Notes: generated by a model not told the origin, from the letters alone. Shown: positions 53,124 to 63,215, counted from the stretch's first letter. The stretch: 64,000 nucleotides of DNA from an uncultured Dehalococcoidales bacterium (GCA_964627215.1 CAZVIZ010000003.1:14685-78684), one strand, 5' to 3'. Numbers and translations: made by a program.

Positions 53124-53786
53124 TTAGCACAATTTGCGGCTGGGGCAGAGTTCAGCTACAGCGCATTGGTCGCATAAGGGGCGGGCGGCCTTACATACCC
53201 TGCGGCCGTGCTCTATGAGCAGCAGGTGGAAGGGGTAGACCAACTTTGACGGCACGATATCCTCCAGTATGTGGTGGGCGGCGTCGGCAGATGCCTTTAA
53301 CTCCACCAGCCCCAGTCTCTTGGCGACGCGGAGGACATGGGTATCCACCGGCAGGGCCGGCATGTCCAGGGAGAAGAGGAGCACACAGGCCGCAGTCTTG
53401 GGCCCCACCCCTGAAAGTCCCGTAAGCCACCGCCGAGCCTCGGCTAGGGGCATATCGGCCAGGAAACCCAGGGAAAGCCCGCCGTGGCGGCGCTTTATCT
53501 CCCCCAGCACCTTTATTATGCGGCGGGACTTGATGTCTCCCAGCCCCCCCGTTTTTATGGCGGCGAATACGGCCTCGGGTTGTGCCTGGGACACCTCCTC
53601 CCAGCCGCTGAAGGCGGTGCAGAGGTTGTCGTAGGCGCGCAGGGAGTTAGTGTCCGAGGTGTTCTGGGAGAGGATGGTTTTTATAAGCGTCTCTAGGGGG
53701 GTGGGGCGCCGCCCTCTGACGGGGCTGCCGTATTCCTCCCCTAGCCTCTTTACTATTCGGCCTACTCTTTCAACACTTGCCTTCAT
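53124..53786 (-). CDS. nth: Endonuclease III (Nth)-family DNA glycosylase/AP lyase
   Basis: ILSQNT, HhH GVGPKTA with catalytic Lys, VDTHV, C-X6-C-X2-C-X5-C. Confidence 0.88.
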   Translation of the reverse strand: MKASVERVGRIVKRLGEEYGSPVRGRRPTPLETLIKTILSQNTSDTNSLRAYDNLCTAFSGWEEVSQAQPEAVFAAIKTGGLGDIKSRRIIKVLGEIKRRHGGLSLGFLADMPLAEARRWLTGLSGVGPKTAACVLLFSLDMPALPVDTHVLRVAKRLGLVELKASADAAHHILEDIVPSKLVYPFHLLLIEHGRRVCKAARPLCDQCAVAELCPSRKLC

Positions 53787-54042
53787 ACTAACACTTATTA
53801 TATAGCACTATTAATATAGGCATACTTCTATAAACCCTTTAGTCGCTTTACTACGCGGCGCGCTTTTGATATAATCCCGTAGAGTGTTGGCTGGCTTGGA
53901 GAGTGTTCTTATTGGTTAGATCGCGGTGGCTGCGTGGCTTCGCTTGTGGAACCAGAGCCGCCCTATTTTCAAATTCACCTCCTATAATATCACCTGAGGG
54001 CCGGCGTTTGCATTCAGACCATTTTCCCCAGGGGGTAAGGCT

Positions 54043-54363
54043 ATGTCTGCTAAGGATGTAAAGAGCGGTATCGAGGGTATTGAGACCAAGGCGGAGCAGG
54101 CATTGGAGCAGTCTCGGCAAGAGGCTGCCCAGATAGCAGCCTCGGCCAGGGAGGAGGCGGAGAAGATAGCTGTCGCCCCGATCTCCCTGCAGGATGTGGA
54201 AAGGGAGCAAGAGCGGCTTATCTCCAAGGCTCGCAAGCGGGCGGATGAAGAGGTAGCGGCTTCCAAGGAGAGGGCTGCCAAGATAAAGCGTGATGCCGCT
54301 GCTAAGTCCGAGAAGATAGTCCAGCGAATAGTGGATGCTGTCACCGGAGTCCGCAGCGTATGA
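54043..54363 (+). CDS. A/V-type ATPase subunit H/G
   Basis: Charged coiled coil, first gene of the operon, overlaps subunit I start. Confidence 0.8.
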   Translation: MSAKDVKSGIEGIETKAEQALEQSRQEAAQIAASAREEAEKIAVAPISLQDVEREQERLISKARKRADEEVAASKERAAKIKRDAAAKSEKIVQRIVDAVTGVRSV

Positions 54364-56348
54364 TACCGGTAGCGTTAAACTCCCCCCAGTCCATGGTCAG
54401 AATGAGGCTTATTACCCTCAAGGACCATGCCGATAAGGCTTTGAAGGCCCTGCATCGCGCGGGTGTGCTCCATGTGGAGCAGGGCGAGGAGCTGAAGGCG
54501 GTGGACAGGGAGGCCCTGGAGAAGAACAGGCGAGACGTAGAGGGAATGCTCGGTGTGGTGGATGAGGTTTTGGGCTACGTTACCGTCAAGAAAGAGGTTT
54601 CCCCTGCCGAGGACGTGGAGGTTATTTACACCCGTCCCTTTGCCGAGGTCGGCTCCGAGGTAGATGAGCTTAAGCAGCGCTTCGGAGAACTCGCCGCTAG
54701 GGCGGCCAAGCTGGCCGCAGATATGGAAGAAACCGCCCGTCAGGCAAGGTATCTGGCGGCGCTACCCGGGGTCGGCGAGATGAAGTTTGAAGACCTCGAT
54801 TTCAGGGGAGAATACCTGTTCTCCCGCGTATTCATCCTGTCGGCGGAGGCGTATCAGAGCCTGGGCGATAGGCTCTCCGGAAGGCTGTTCTCCTCGGCTC
54901 AGGGCGAGTCCGAGGGCGAGGCCGTGTTCCACGGAGTGGGCAAGGCATCAGACCTTGAGGAGATAGAGCGCCTGGTTACAAGCGCTGGCGGCGGAGCGCT
55001 CGCCCTGCCGCGCGGCGATGGCACGGTAGGCGCATTTATCGCCGAGAGCGAAGCGGAGATAGATCGGCTGGGAGAAAAGCGTGGCGACCTCTTAAAGAAG
55101 CTTGAGGGAAAGGTTGCCGAGGAGCTGCCTCGCCTGGCTCTCATCAGGGGGGCGCTTACCGCTGAGATGGAGAAGCTTGACGTGCTGGTCAAGGCCGGTG
55201 AGGCTGAGTATGTGACCCTGATAGAGGGTTGGGTCCCCGAAAATAGCGCGGAGACGACCGTCGCCGCCTTGAAGCGCGATATAGACAGCATATTTATAGA
55301 TACCAGGGAGCCGGAGTCCATAGAGGAGCCCCCCACCAAGATGGCTAACCCCAAGCCCTTGAAGCCGTTTGAGGTGATAGTGGGCCTGTTCGGCGTCCCT
55401 CGATATAGAGAGTGGGATCCCACTCCCATAATTGCCTACTCCTTCGCCGCCTTCTTCGGCCTCATGCTGGCCGATGTGGCCTATGCCGTGGGGCTTATAA
55501 TGCTGGGCAAGTATTTGGTGCCCCGCTTCTTTGGCTCAGCGTCGCCGGCGGTGAGGATGCTGCAGAAGGTGATATACATCTGCGGCGCGGTGGGCATAAC
55601 CCTGGGCGTGATGAGCGGCACCTATCTGGGCGATATCCATGCCTTCTTCGGCTTTGAGAGCCCGGCGCTGGTGTCGGTTGTGCAGCTGGTGCTTCAAGAC
55701 CCGTTGCTGTTTATTATGATATCCCTGGTTATCGGCTTTATTCACGTGAATATAAGCCACTTAATCGCCCTTATTAAGGCGGTGCGTGATAGAAACCGCG
55801 GCGCTACGATAAACAAGGTGGGGCTTTTCCTGTTGGAGCTGGGCATACCCTTCCTGATGCGCACTATGCTCAACGTAACCCTGCCATTACCCGACCAACT
55901 ATATGCGCTGTCGCTGTACTTCATCATCGCGGGGTTGGGGATGGTGGTGGGCGGCGCTATTATGGAGCGCGGCGGCATGGGTGCCATACTGGGGCTTTTC
56001 GACCTCACCGGACTATTGGGTGATGTCATGTCCTACGCCCGCTTGGCGGGGGTGGGGCTGGCCACCTACTACCTGGCGGTGGTTTTCAATATGCTAGCGC
56101 CGCTCTTTGGCGGGTTAATACCCGTAAAGGGCGTGGGCGGCGTCATCCTGGGGGGAGGCCTAACCATTGCTATACTGGTGATGGGCCACGCCCTCAACCT
56201 GATATTGAGCGCCCTTACCGGCTTTATCCACTCGCTCCGTCTGTGCTTCGTGGAGTTTCTGTTCAAGTTCTACGAGGGCGGGGGCAGGGGGTACAGCCCA
56301 TTCATACTTAGAAAACGCCCTACCCTTACGGTGGGAGCGAGATCTTAA
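54360..56348 (+). CDS. A/V-type ATPase subunit I (a)
   Basis: IEGWVP, PPT, P.YREWDPT, FFGLMLAD, DVMSYARL, FIHSLRL..VEF..KFYEGGG. Confidence 0.95.
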   Translation: MIPVALNSPQSMVRMRLITLKDHADKALKALHRAGVLHVEQGEELKAVDREALEKNRRDVEGMLGVVDEVLGYVTVKKEVSPAEDVEVIYTRPFAEVGSEVDELKQRFGELAARAAKLAADMEETARQARYLAALPGVGEMKFEDLDFRGEYLFSRVFILSAEAYQSLGDRLSGRLFSSAQGESEGEAVFHGVGKASDLEEIERLVTSAGGGALALPRGDGTVGAFIAESEAEIDRLGEKRGDLLKKLEGKVAEELPRLALIRGALTAEMEKLDVLVKAGEAEYVTLIEGWVPENSAETTVAALKRDIDSIFIDTREPESIEEPPTKMANPKPLKPFEVIVGLFGVPRYREWDPTPIIAYSFAAFFGLMLADVAYAVGLIMLGKYLVPRFFGSASPAVRMLQKVIYICGAVGITLGVMSGTYLGDIHAFFGFESPALVSVVQLVLQDPLLFIMISLVIGFIHVNISHLIALIKAVRDRNRGATINKVGLFLLELGIPFLMRTMLNVTLPLPDQLYALSLYFIIAGLGMVVGGAIMERGGMGAILGLFDLTGLLGDVMSYARLAGVGLATYYLAVVFNMLAPLFGGLIPVKGVGGVILGGGLTIAILVMGHALNLILSALTGFIHSLRLCFVEFLFKFYEGGGRGYSPFILRKRPTLTVGARS

Positions 56349-56366
56349 AGGAAAGGAGAAGCGAAA

Positions 56367-56837
56367 ATGTCAATTGATCCGGCAGCCTTGGCCATTATCG
56401 GCGGCGCGGTAGCCCTCGGTGGTGGTCTGGTGGGTTCCTCGGTGGGAATAGCCAATGCCGCTTCCTCTGGGATAGCGGTGCTTTCAGAGGACAAGGGACA
56501 GCTTAGGAACGTGATTGTCCTGGCGTCCTTGCCTATGACTCAGACCTTCTACGGACTCATCATACTTATACTTATCCTTACCAGGGTGGTGCCCACCCTC
56601 CCCGCGGATGGAACCGCAGGATATGCCGTGCTCGGTCTGGGCATAATGACCGGTATGTCCGAGTTCTTCTCGGCGACATACCAGGGCTCGGTATGTGCTT
56701 CGGGCATCTCGCTTCTGCCCAAGACTAAGGGGCGGATACTGACTAACTCCATGATGATGGCGGTGTTTGTTGAGCTTTTGGGTGTGCTGGGCCTGGTGTT
56801 CAGCATCATGATGCTTACACTGCTTAAGCTAATGTAA
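56367..56837 (+). CDS. A/V-type ATPase subunit K (c), duplicated 4-TM form
   Basis: LPMTQTFYG in helix 2, YQG in helix 3, VEL in helix 4. Confidence 0.93.
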   Translation: MSIDPAALAIIGGAVALGGGLVGSSVGIANAASSGIAVLSEDKGQLRNVIVLASLPMTQTFYGLIILILILTRVVPTLPADGTAGYAVLGLGIMTGMSEFFSATYQGSVCASGISLLPKTKGRILTNSMMMAVFVELLGVLGLVFSIMMLTLLKLM

Positions 56838-56853
56838 ATTAAGGGGTATTCCT

Positions 56854-57432
56854 ATGGCTGAGATGGATAAAATAGGCCAGGCCGTCTTGGACAAGGTTAA
56901 GGCGGAGGCCGAAGATATCGTCAAGGAGGCTCGCAGCAGGGCCAAGGCGGAGATAGCCAAGGCCGAGGAGCAGCACAGGCTGCGGGCGGAGGAGAGAAAG
57001 GCCATTGCCCTGAGTGAGGTTCAGGAGGAGGCGGCTCGCATGGCGGCGCAGGCCCAGGTGGTCGCCCGCCGCGAGGTCTCCCGCGCTAAGGCAGAGGTGA
57101 TAGATGCCATGGTGGCCGAGGCCAAGAAGCGCCTCGCGGCTGGCCATGGCGATAAGGAAGTTATGAAGGCGCTCTTCCAGGAGGCGGCGGCCTCGTTCGG
57201 CGGTGGTAAGGTGAAGGTCTCTGTATCCGCACGGGACCTGAAGACGGCCCAGGCCCTGAAAGAGGAGCAGGGGCTTATAGCTGAGATAGTGGAGATAGAA
57301 GAGAGCGCTGTAAGTGGGGGCATCGTCGTGGAGCATATAGAGGGTGGGGTGCGGGTGGATAATACCTACGATACCAGGCTGGATATGTTGCTCCCTAAGC
57401 TGATGCCCGAGATAGCGGAGGAACTGTTTTAA
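56854..57432 (+). CDS. A/V-type ATPase subunit E
   Basis: Coiled coil plus GGIVV..VDNTYDTRL. Confidence 0.9.
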   Translation: MAEMDKIGQAVLDKVKAEAEDIVKEARSRAKAEIAKAEEQHRLRAEERKAIALSEVQEEAARMAAQAQVVARREVSRAKAEVIDAMVAEAKKRLAAGHGDKEVMKALFQEAAASFGGGKVKVSVSARDLKTAQALKEEQGLIAEIVEIEESAVSGGIVVEHIEGGVRVDNTYDTRLDMLLPKLMPEIAEELF

Positions 57433-57449
57433 CATAAAGGAGGCAGGCC

Positions 57450-58469
57450 TTGCCCAACGTTGGGTATGCCTTTATATCGGCCTACATAAAGAGCGCCGAG
57501 TCCAGGACGGTGGGGGTGGACATTCTAGATGGACTGTCCCAACAGCCCGAGCCGCAGGACGTGCTGAATGCCCTTAAGGGGACGCACGTTGGCTCGTATC
57601 TGGAGGAGGTGACCCAGGATACCTTCCGCGATGTGGACATGAACCTGTGGCGTTACTTCAGCGCCTGTATAGCGGAGCTCGGTTGGTTTAAGCTCATGCC
57701 GAGCGATATGCGGCGCATACTCGCCGCATATTCGGAGAGGTACACCGTGTTCAACATCAAGGCTGCCCTTCGCTCGCTGGGTGTGGGTGGTGGGGCGGAT
57801 ATGATACCGGTGGGCACCCTCTCCGATAGGGGGCTTCTGGGCAGGCTAGCCGAGGCCGGCGATACGGATGTGCTGGCGGATGTGCTGGCGGACGCCGACC
57901 TTCCTGAGTATGCCTCCATAGTCAGGGGCTATAAAGAAGGGGAGGACATGGCGCTAACCGCCGAGGCTGCCCTGGACAGGGCCTATTACAGGAGCCTGCT
58001 CTCCCTGCCCGTTAAGGACGGGGAGCTTTCTAAGGCGCTTCGGCTTATGGTGGATATGGCTAACCTAAAGCTTATAGTGAGGGCGCTGGCGGCGGATAGG
58101 GCACAAGCCGCCGTGGGTCTGGTTATAGAGGGGGGCTATGTTATCTCGGAGGTGGTGGCGGGGCAGCTGCTTACGCAGAGGATAGCCGATATGGCCTCCG
58201 TCGTGGGTGGTGGGCCGTATCTGGACATGGTGCGAGATGTCGCTGCTGCCTACGAGCGCGATGGAGCCGCCGTGGCGGAGGAGGTTATAGAGCAGTACCG
58301 CTTTGCCATGCTCAAGGATATGCTGGCCATAAGGCTTATGAGCCCGGTGATGATACTGTGGCACCTTATCGCCAAGGAGACGGAGGTGAGAAACCTGCGC
58401 CTTCTCTTTAAGGCTGCCTTTGACGGCCTGCCCATAGCCCGGATAAGGGGGTATATGCTGTTCTCATGA
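57450..58469 (+). CDS. A/V-type ATPase subunit C
   Basis: NIKAALR, LDRAYY, DMANLK, KETEVRNLR; operon position. Confidence 0.88.
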   Translation: MPNVGYAFISAYIKSAESRTVGVDILDGLSQQPEPQDVLNALKGTHVGSYLEEVTQDTFRDVDMNLWRYFSACIAELGWFKLMPSDMRRILAAYSERYTVFNIKAALRSLGVGGGADMIPVGTLSDRGLLGRLAEAGDTDVLADVLADADLPEYASIVRGYKEGEDMALTAEAALDRAYYRSLLSLPVKDGELSKALRLMVDMANLKLIVRALAADRAQAAVGLVIEGGYVISEVVAGQLLTQRIADMASVVGGGPYLDMVRDVAAAYERDGAAVAEEVIEQYRFAMLKDMLAIRLMSPVMILWHLIAKETEVRNLRLLFKAAFDGLPIARIRGYMLFS

Positions 58470-58810
58470 CACCGGATTTAGCGAGACTGGATATAGCGGT
58501 TCTAGGTGACGAGGACCTGGTGAGCGGTATGAGGCTCGCCGGCGTACGCCGGGCGCGGGTGGTGGAGGGTGGCGCCGAGGAGGTGCAGAGGGAGCTTTCA
58601 GCGCTTATCGGTGACCCTTCGGTGGGGATTATCATTATCCTGGAGGAGTATGCGGAGCTTGCCGCTGATATAGTGCGCCGAGCAAGGGAGACCAAGGATG
58701 CCCCCATTATGGTGGAAGTCCCGTCCAAGCACGGCACACGCTTCGGCGATGTGTCCGCTTATTATCGGTCTTATATTAGAGAGTTTATCGGTTTTGATAT
58801 AGAGATGTGA
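58466..58810 (+). CDS. A/V-type ATPase subunit F
   Basis: IAVLGDEDLVSGMRLAGV, VGIIII, VEVP. Confidence 0.92.
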   Translation: MTPDLARLDIAVLGDEDLVSGMRLAGVRRARVVEGGAEEVQRELSALIGDPSVGIIIILEEYAELAADIVRRARETKDAPIMVEVPSKHGTRFGDVSAYYRSYIREFIGFDIEM

Positions 58811-58837
58811 GGGTTTTTAAAGGCAGGAGGCAGACAA

Positions 58838-60586
58838 ATGGGTAAGGTATGGCGTATCTCAGGGCCCCTGGTGATCGGCGAGGATATGAAGGGGGCGCAG
58901 GTATACGAGATTGTGGAGATAGGTGACGAGGGGCTGGTGGGGGAGGTAATCGGCCTGGAGGAGGACAAGGCCATAATCCAGGTTCACGAGGATACATTAG
59001 AGCTTCAGGTGGGCGAGACCATCAGGCAGACGGGGACCATTCTCACTGTGGAGCTGGGCCCCGGCATCGTTGGCTCCATCTATGACGGCTTACAGAAGTC
59101 GCTCACCGTGCTTATGGAGACCGATCCCTTCCTGCGCCGCGGCGCCAAGGCGGCGGCGCTGTCCCGCCACAAGAAGTGGCACTTCACCCCCAAGATCAAG
59201 GTAGGCGACAGCGTCTTGGAGGGGGATATCCTGGGGGTGGTGCCAGAGACCCACTTGGTGGAACACCGCCTGATGGTGCCGGTGGGGATGAAGGGGGTGG
59301 TCAAGGATATAAAGAAGGGCGACTTCACTGTTGAGGAGACAGTGGCCGTCCTGGAGGCGGATGGGGGGAATAAAGAGATAACCATGCTCCAGCGCTGGCC
59401 GGTGAGGAAGCCCAGGCCCTACAAGCGGCGCCTGGATCCTTCTAAGCTGCTGGTCACGGGCATGCGCATATTGGACTATATGTTCCCCCTGGCCATGGGC
59501 GGCAAGGCCACCGTACCCGGTGGCTTCGGCACGGGAAAGACGGTTACGCTTCAACAGCTGGCGCGCTGGGCGCAGACACAGCTCAATATCTACATCGGCT
59601 GTGGGGAGCGGGGCAACGAGATGGCGGACGTCCTCTATAGCTTCAAGGAGCTCAAGGACCCGGCCACGGGCAGGCTTTTACAGGAGAAGGAGATATTCAT
59701 CGCCAACACCTCCAATATGCCGGTGGTTGCCCGCGAGGCCAGCGTCTACGTGGGCATAACCCTGGGGGAGTACTACCGCGATATGGGCTATGACATACTG
59801 CTGGTGGCCGATTCCACCTCCAGGTGGGCCGAGGCCATGAGGGAGATAGGTGGACGCTTGGAGGAGATGCCCGGCGAGGAGGGCTTCCCCGCCTACCTGG
59901 GTTCGCGCCTTTCCGCCTTCTACGAGAGGGCGGGGCTGGTGGACTGCCTGGGCGGGCCGGATCGGCAGGGGTCGGTGACGGTGGCGGGTGCGGTTAGCCC
60001 TCCGGGCGCTGACTTCAGCGAGCCGGTTACCCAGAATACCCTGCGTATAGTGGATGCTCTGTATTCACTGGATGTGTCCTTGGCCAATAAGAGGCACTTT
60101 CCTGCTATTAACTGGCTGGCTAGCTACAGCCTGTATGTTGACGACGTCAAGGGGTGGTGGTCCGAGATCAGCCCTGAGTGGGAGGACACCCGTTCCACGG
60201 CCTTGAAGCTCTTACAGCAGGAGGCGGATCTGGAGGAGATAGTGCGTCTGGTGGGCCCGGAGGCTCTTCCCGAGGGCGACAAGCTGATACTCATGGTTAC
60301 CAGGATGATACGGGAGGACTTCCTCATGCAGAGTGCCTACCACGACGTAGATACCTACTGCGAACCGCCCAAGGCGCAGTTGATGCTCAAGACTATAACC
60401 AAGTTTTATGGGCTCGCTCAGAGGATGTTGGACGAGGGTGCCACGATGGCCCAGATACGCGGGCTTTCAGTAGTGCCCCGGATAGCCAGAATGAAGGATA
60501 TACCCAATGAGGAGATGGAGACCAGGATAAAGGAGCTGTGGACGGAGATGGAGGCCAGCCTGGTCGCTCAGAAAGGGGGCGCTTAA
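58838..60586 (+). CDS. A/V-type ATPase catalytic subunit A
   Basis: PGGFGTGKTV, GCGERGNEM, ANTSNMPV, DSTSRWAEA, PGEEGFPAYL; no intein. Confidence 0.97.
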   Translation: MGKVWRISGPLVIGEDMKGAQVYEIVEIGDEGLVGEVIGLEEDKAIIQVHEDTLELQVGETIRQTGTILTVELGPGIVGSIYDGLQKSLTVLMETDPFLRRGAKAAALSRHKKWHFTPKIKVGDSVLEGDILGVVPETHLVEHRLMVPVGMKGVVKDIKKGDFTVEETVAVLEADGGNKEITMLQRWPVRKPRPYKRRLDPSKLLVTGMRILDYMFPLAMGGKATVPGGFGTGKTVTLQQLARWAQTQLNIYIGCGERGNEMADVLYSFKELKDPATGRLLQEKEIFIANTSNMPVVAREASVYVGITLGEYYRDMGYDILLVADSTSRWAEAMREIGGRLEEMPGEEGFPAYLGSRLSAFYERAGLVDCLGGPDRQGSVTVAGAVSPPGADFSEPVTQNTLRIVDALYSLDVSLANKRHFPAINWLASYSLYVDDVKGWWSEISPEWEDTRSTALKLLQQEADLEEIVRLVGPEALPEGDKLILMVTRMIREDFLMQSAYHDVDTYCEPPKAQLMLKTITKFYGLAQRMLDEGATMAQIRGLSVVPRIARMKDIPNEEMETRIKELWTEMEASLVAQKGGA

Positions 60587-61984
60587 ATGACACCGCTTTA
60601 TATTAAAGAGACCAGCGCCATCAGCCGAACCAGGGGCTCTCTGCTGATAGCTAAGAGCATACCCGGCATAAAATACGGCGAGATAGTGGACGTGTTGCTG
60701 GCCAATGGCGAGGTGAAGCGCGGCGAGGCTATAGACATCAGCCGCGAGGTCACTGTGGTTCAGGTATTTGGTGGAGTGAGCGAGGTGGACCTCCTAGGCA
60801 GCCGTGTGCGGTGTCGGGGGGAAACCCTGAAATTGCCCGTGGCCGAGGACATCTTAGGCCGCGTGTTCAACGGCATCGGCGATCCCATAGACGACGGGCC
60901 GATGGTGGTGCCGGAGGACTACATGGACGTTAACGGCGAGGCCATAAACCCCGCCGGGCGCGAGCCGCCCGCCGAGTTCATAGAGACCGGCATCTCCTGT
61001 ATAGACGGCCTGAATGCCCTGGTGAGAGGGCAGAAACTGCCCATTTTCAGCGGCTCGGGGCTGCCCCACAACCGCATCGTGGCGCAGGTTATACGGCAGG
61101 CCTCGGTGAAGGGCAAGGAGGAGCAGTTCGCCATAGTTTTCGCCGCCATCGGCGTGAGCTACGACGACGCCGCTTTCTTTATGCGCAACCTGGAGAAGAC
61201 CGGTGCCAGGGAGAGAACGGTGGCCTTTATCAACACCGCCTCCGACCCGGTTATAGAGAGGATATCCACTCCCAGATTAGCCCTCACCGCTGGCGAGTAC
61301 CTCGCCTGGCGCAAGGGTATGCACGTCCTGGTTATCCTCACAGATATGACTAACTACTGCGAGGCCTTACGGGAGCTTTCGGCCATGCGGGAGGAGATAC
61401 CTTCCCGGCGCGGCTACCCGGGTTATATGTATACCGACCTGGCTACCATGTATGAGAGAGCGGGTAGGATATTTGATAAAGAGGGTTCGGTGACTATCAT
61501 GCCCATTCTCACCATGCCCGACGACGACATAACCCACCCTATCCCCGACCTCACCGGCTACATTACCGAGGGCCAGATAGTCCTCTCCAGGGAGTTGGAG
61601 AGGAAGGGAATCTACCCCCCTATCAACGTGTTCCTGTCGCTCTCGCGTATGATGAAGGAGGGTATTGGGCCGGGGAAGACCAGGGAGGACCACAACAACG
61701 TCTTCATGCAGCTCTACGCAGCCTACGCCGAGGGGTGTAACTTAAGGGAGATATCCACCATCATCGGCACCGAGGCCCTGGGTGATAGGGACAAGATATA
61801 CCTGGCCAATGCCGATAGGTTTGAGAAGGAGTTCATCTCTCAAGGTGAGGGCGAGAAGCGTGAGGTGGAGAAGACCCTGGACGTCGGATGGGAGCTTTTT
61901 AGCGCGCTTCCGGAGGAAGACCTGAAGCTCATCAGCGAGCAGCTTATCAAGAAATACCTGCCCAAGTACCGCAAGAAGGCTTAA
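60587..61984 (+). CDS. A/V-type ATPase subunit B
   Basis: [54 protein letters not shown]. Confidence 0.97.
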   Translation: MTPLYIKETSAISRTRGSLLIAKSIPGIKYGEIVDVLLANGEVKRGEAIDISREVTVVQVFGGVSEVDLLGSRVRCRGETLKLPVAEDILGRVFNGIGDPIDDGPMVVPEDYMDVNGEAINPAGREPPAEFIETGISCIDGLNALVRGQKLPIFSGSGLPHNRIVAQVIRQASVKGKEEQFAIVFAAIGVSYDDAAFFMRNLEKTGARERTVAFINTASDPVIERISTPRLALTAGEYLAWRKGMHVLVILTDMTNYCEALRELSAMREEIPSRRGYPGYMYTDLATMYERAGRIFDKEGSVTIMPILTMPDDDITHPIPDLTGYITEGQIVLSRELERKGIYPPINVFLSLSRMMKEGIGPGKTREDHNNVFMQLYAAYAEGCNLREISTIIGTEALGDRDKIYLANADRFEKEFISQGEGEKREVEKTLDVGWELFSALPEEDLKLISEQLIKKYLPKYRKKA

Positions 61985-61997
61985 GAGAAGGGAAGAA

Positions 61998-62624
61998 GTG
62001 GCACAGATAAAGCTGGCCCGACCCACAAAGATCGAGCTTATAAGGCTCAGGCGTCGCCTTACCCTGGCGTCTCGCATACGGCGCATAGTAAAGGACAGGG
62101 TGGCCATACTTATAATGGAGTTCCTGGATATAGCCCGACAGACGGTGGCTACCAAGCGCCGCCTGCTGGAGGATATGTCTCAGGGCTATAGCTCTCTCAC
62201 CGTGGCCGCCGGCTATCATGGCTATGTTGCCCTGGAGAAGGAGTTCCTTGCAAGCAAGCGGGACTTGGCCGTGGTTGCCGGACAGAGGAACATCGGTGGG
62301 GTGAGGATACCCGCCCTGGAGCTGGAGGAGGGGGAGGCTGGGGGCGGATACAGCCTGGCCGACACCTCCGCCTGGGTGGACCAGGCGGCGCGCCACTCCT
62401 CTAAGGCACTGGGCACGATAGTGGAGCTGGCGGAGCTTCAGCGCAGCCTAGAGTTATTGGGCAGGGAGATAAACCGTACCAAGCGTATTGTTAATGCCTT
62501 GGAATACCTCATCATTCCCAGCCTGGAGGAGACCATAAAATACCTCTATATGAAGTTTGAGGAGCGGGATAGGGAGGAGAAGGCGCGCTTGAAGAGGGTG
62601 AAGGTAATCCTGGAGCAGAAGTGA
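61998..62624 (+). CDS. A/V-type ATPase subunit D
   Basis: PTKIELIRLRRRL, NIGGVRIP, TKRIVNALEY..IP, LKRVK. Confidence 0.94.
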   Translation: MAQIKLARPTKIELIRLRRRLTLASRIRRIVKDRVAILIMEFLDIARQTVATKRRLLEDMSQGYSSLTVAAGYHGYVALEKEFLASKRDLAVVAGQRNIGGVRIPALELEEGEAGGGYSLADTSAWVDQAARHSSKALGTIVELAELQRSLELLGREINRTKRIVNALEYLIIPSLEETIKYLYMKFEERDREEKARLKRVKVILEQK

Positions 62625-62631
62625 GGCCGAT

Positions 62632-63081
62632 ATGCCCGGTGAGCCGTCCTATAATCATCTACTTGGAGAGTGTCTTAAAGACGAGCTGAAGGTGGTGAAT
62701 GCCCACCTCCCCGCCAGTAGGAAGTCTCTGAAGCAGCTGCTTGCCGAGGCGCACCCCCACGTTCTCTGCCAGGACGGCTCTACGCACCTTTTCAGCAAGA
62801 AGGAACTCAAGTTCCTGGCCGATGTCCTGGAGGCGGACGAGGCCGAGAAGCTTAAGCTCCCTATGATGATACGTGTGGGGGGAGAGGGGGGTGAGATGGC
62901 GGTGCTGGCACCCACGCCGGTAGAGGCCAAGGTGCTCGGACTGGTGTTGGATATGGAGCTTGCGCGCCAGGCTGATAAGGTGATTATATACCGCCCTCAG
63001 CTTGCGGCGCTCCGGGGACGTCTCAGGACGGTCACCCAGTACGTGTTCACCCCGCTGGGAGGGTTGTCAACCAGCACGTAA
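62632..63081 (+). CDS. DUF61 (UPF0216)-like protein
   Basis: NAHLP..RKSLKQLL.E..P.V..DGS.H.F..EL..LKLP..YRPQ..LR..T.TQY pattern recalled for DUF61. Confidence 0.72.
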   Translation: MPGEPSYNHLLGECLKDELKVVNAHLPASRKSLKQLLAEAHPHVLCQDGSTHLFSKKELKFLADVLEADEAEKLKLPMMIRVGGEGGEMAVLAPTPVEAKVLGLVLDMELARQADKVIIYRPQLAALRGRLRTVTQYVFTPLGGLSTST

Positions 63082-63116
63082 GATGCTAGTATGTATCGCG
63101 GATTAGCTATAAATCT

Positions 63117-63189
63117 GCCCCTGTAGCTCAGTTGGATAGAGCACCAGCCTCCGGAGCTGGGAGCGGGCGTTCGAGTCGCCCCGGGGGCG
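63117..63189 (+). tRNA. tRNA-Arg(CCG), CCA not encoded
   Basis: GCCCCTG..CCAGC-CT-CCG-GA-GCTGG..GTTCGAGTC..CGGGGGC-G. Confidence 0.95.
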
Positions 63190-63215
63190 TTTTAAAACAT
63201 ACCAAGGAGGATCAG

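Noticed and set aside
55739..55752. Perfect palindrome TATTCACGTGAATA resembling a parS core
   Set aside because: Five mismatches to TGTTTCACGTGAAACA, single copy, and it encodes the conserved-looking (F)IHVN(I) of ATPase subunit I
63132..63215. N-terminal extension of PorG
   Set aside because: Runs through tRNA-Arg; real start is TTG 63216 after AAGGAGG
53787..63215. ATPase operon as a tRNA-anchored integrative element
   Set aside because: No integrase, no duplicated tRNA 3' end and no visible compositional shift
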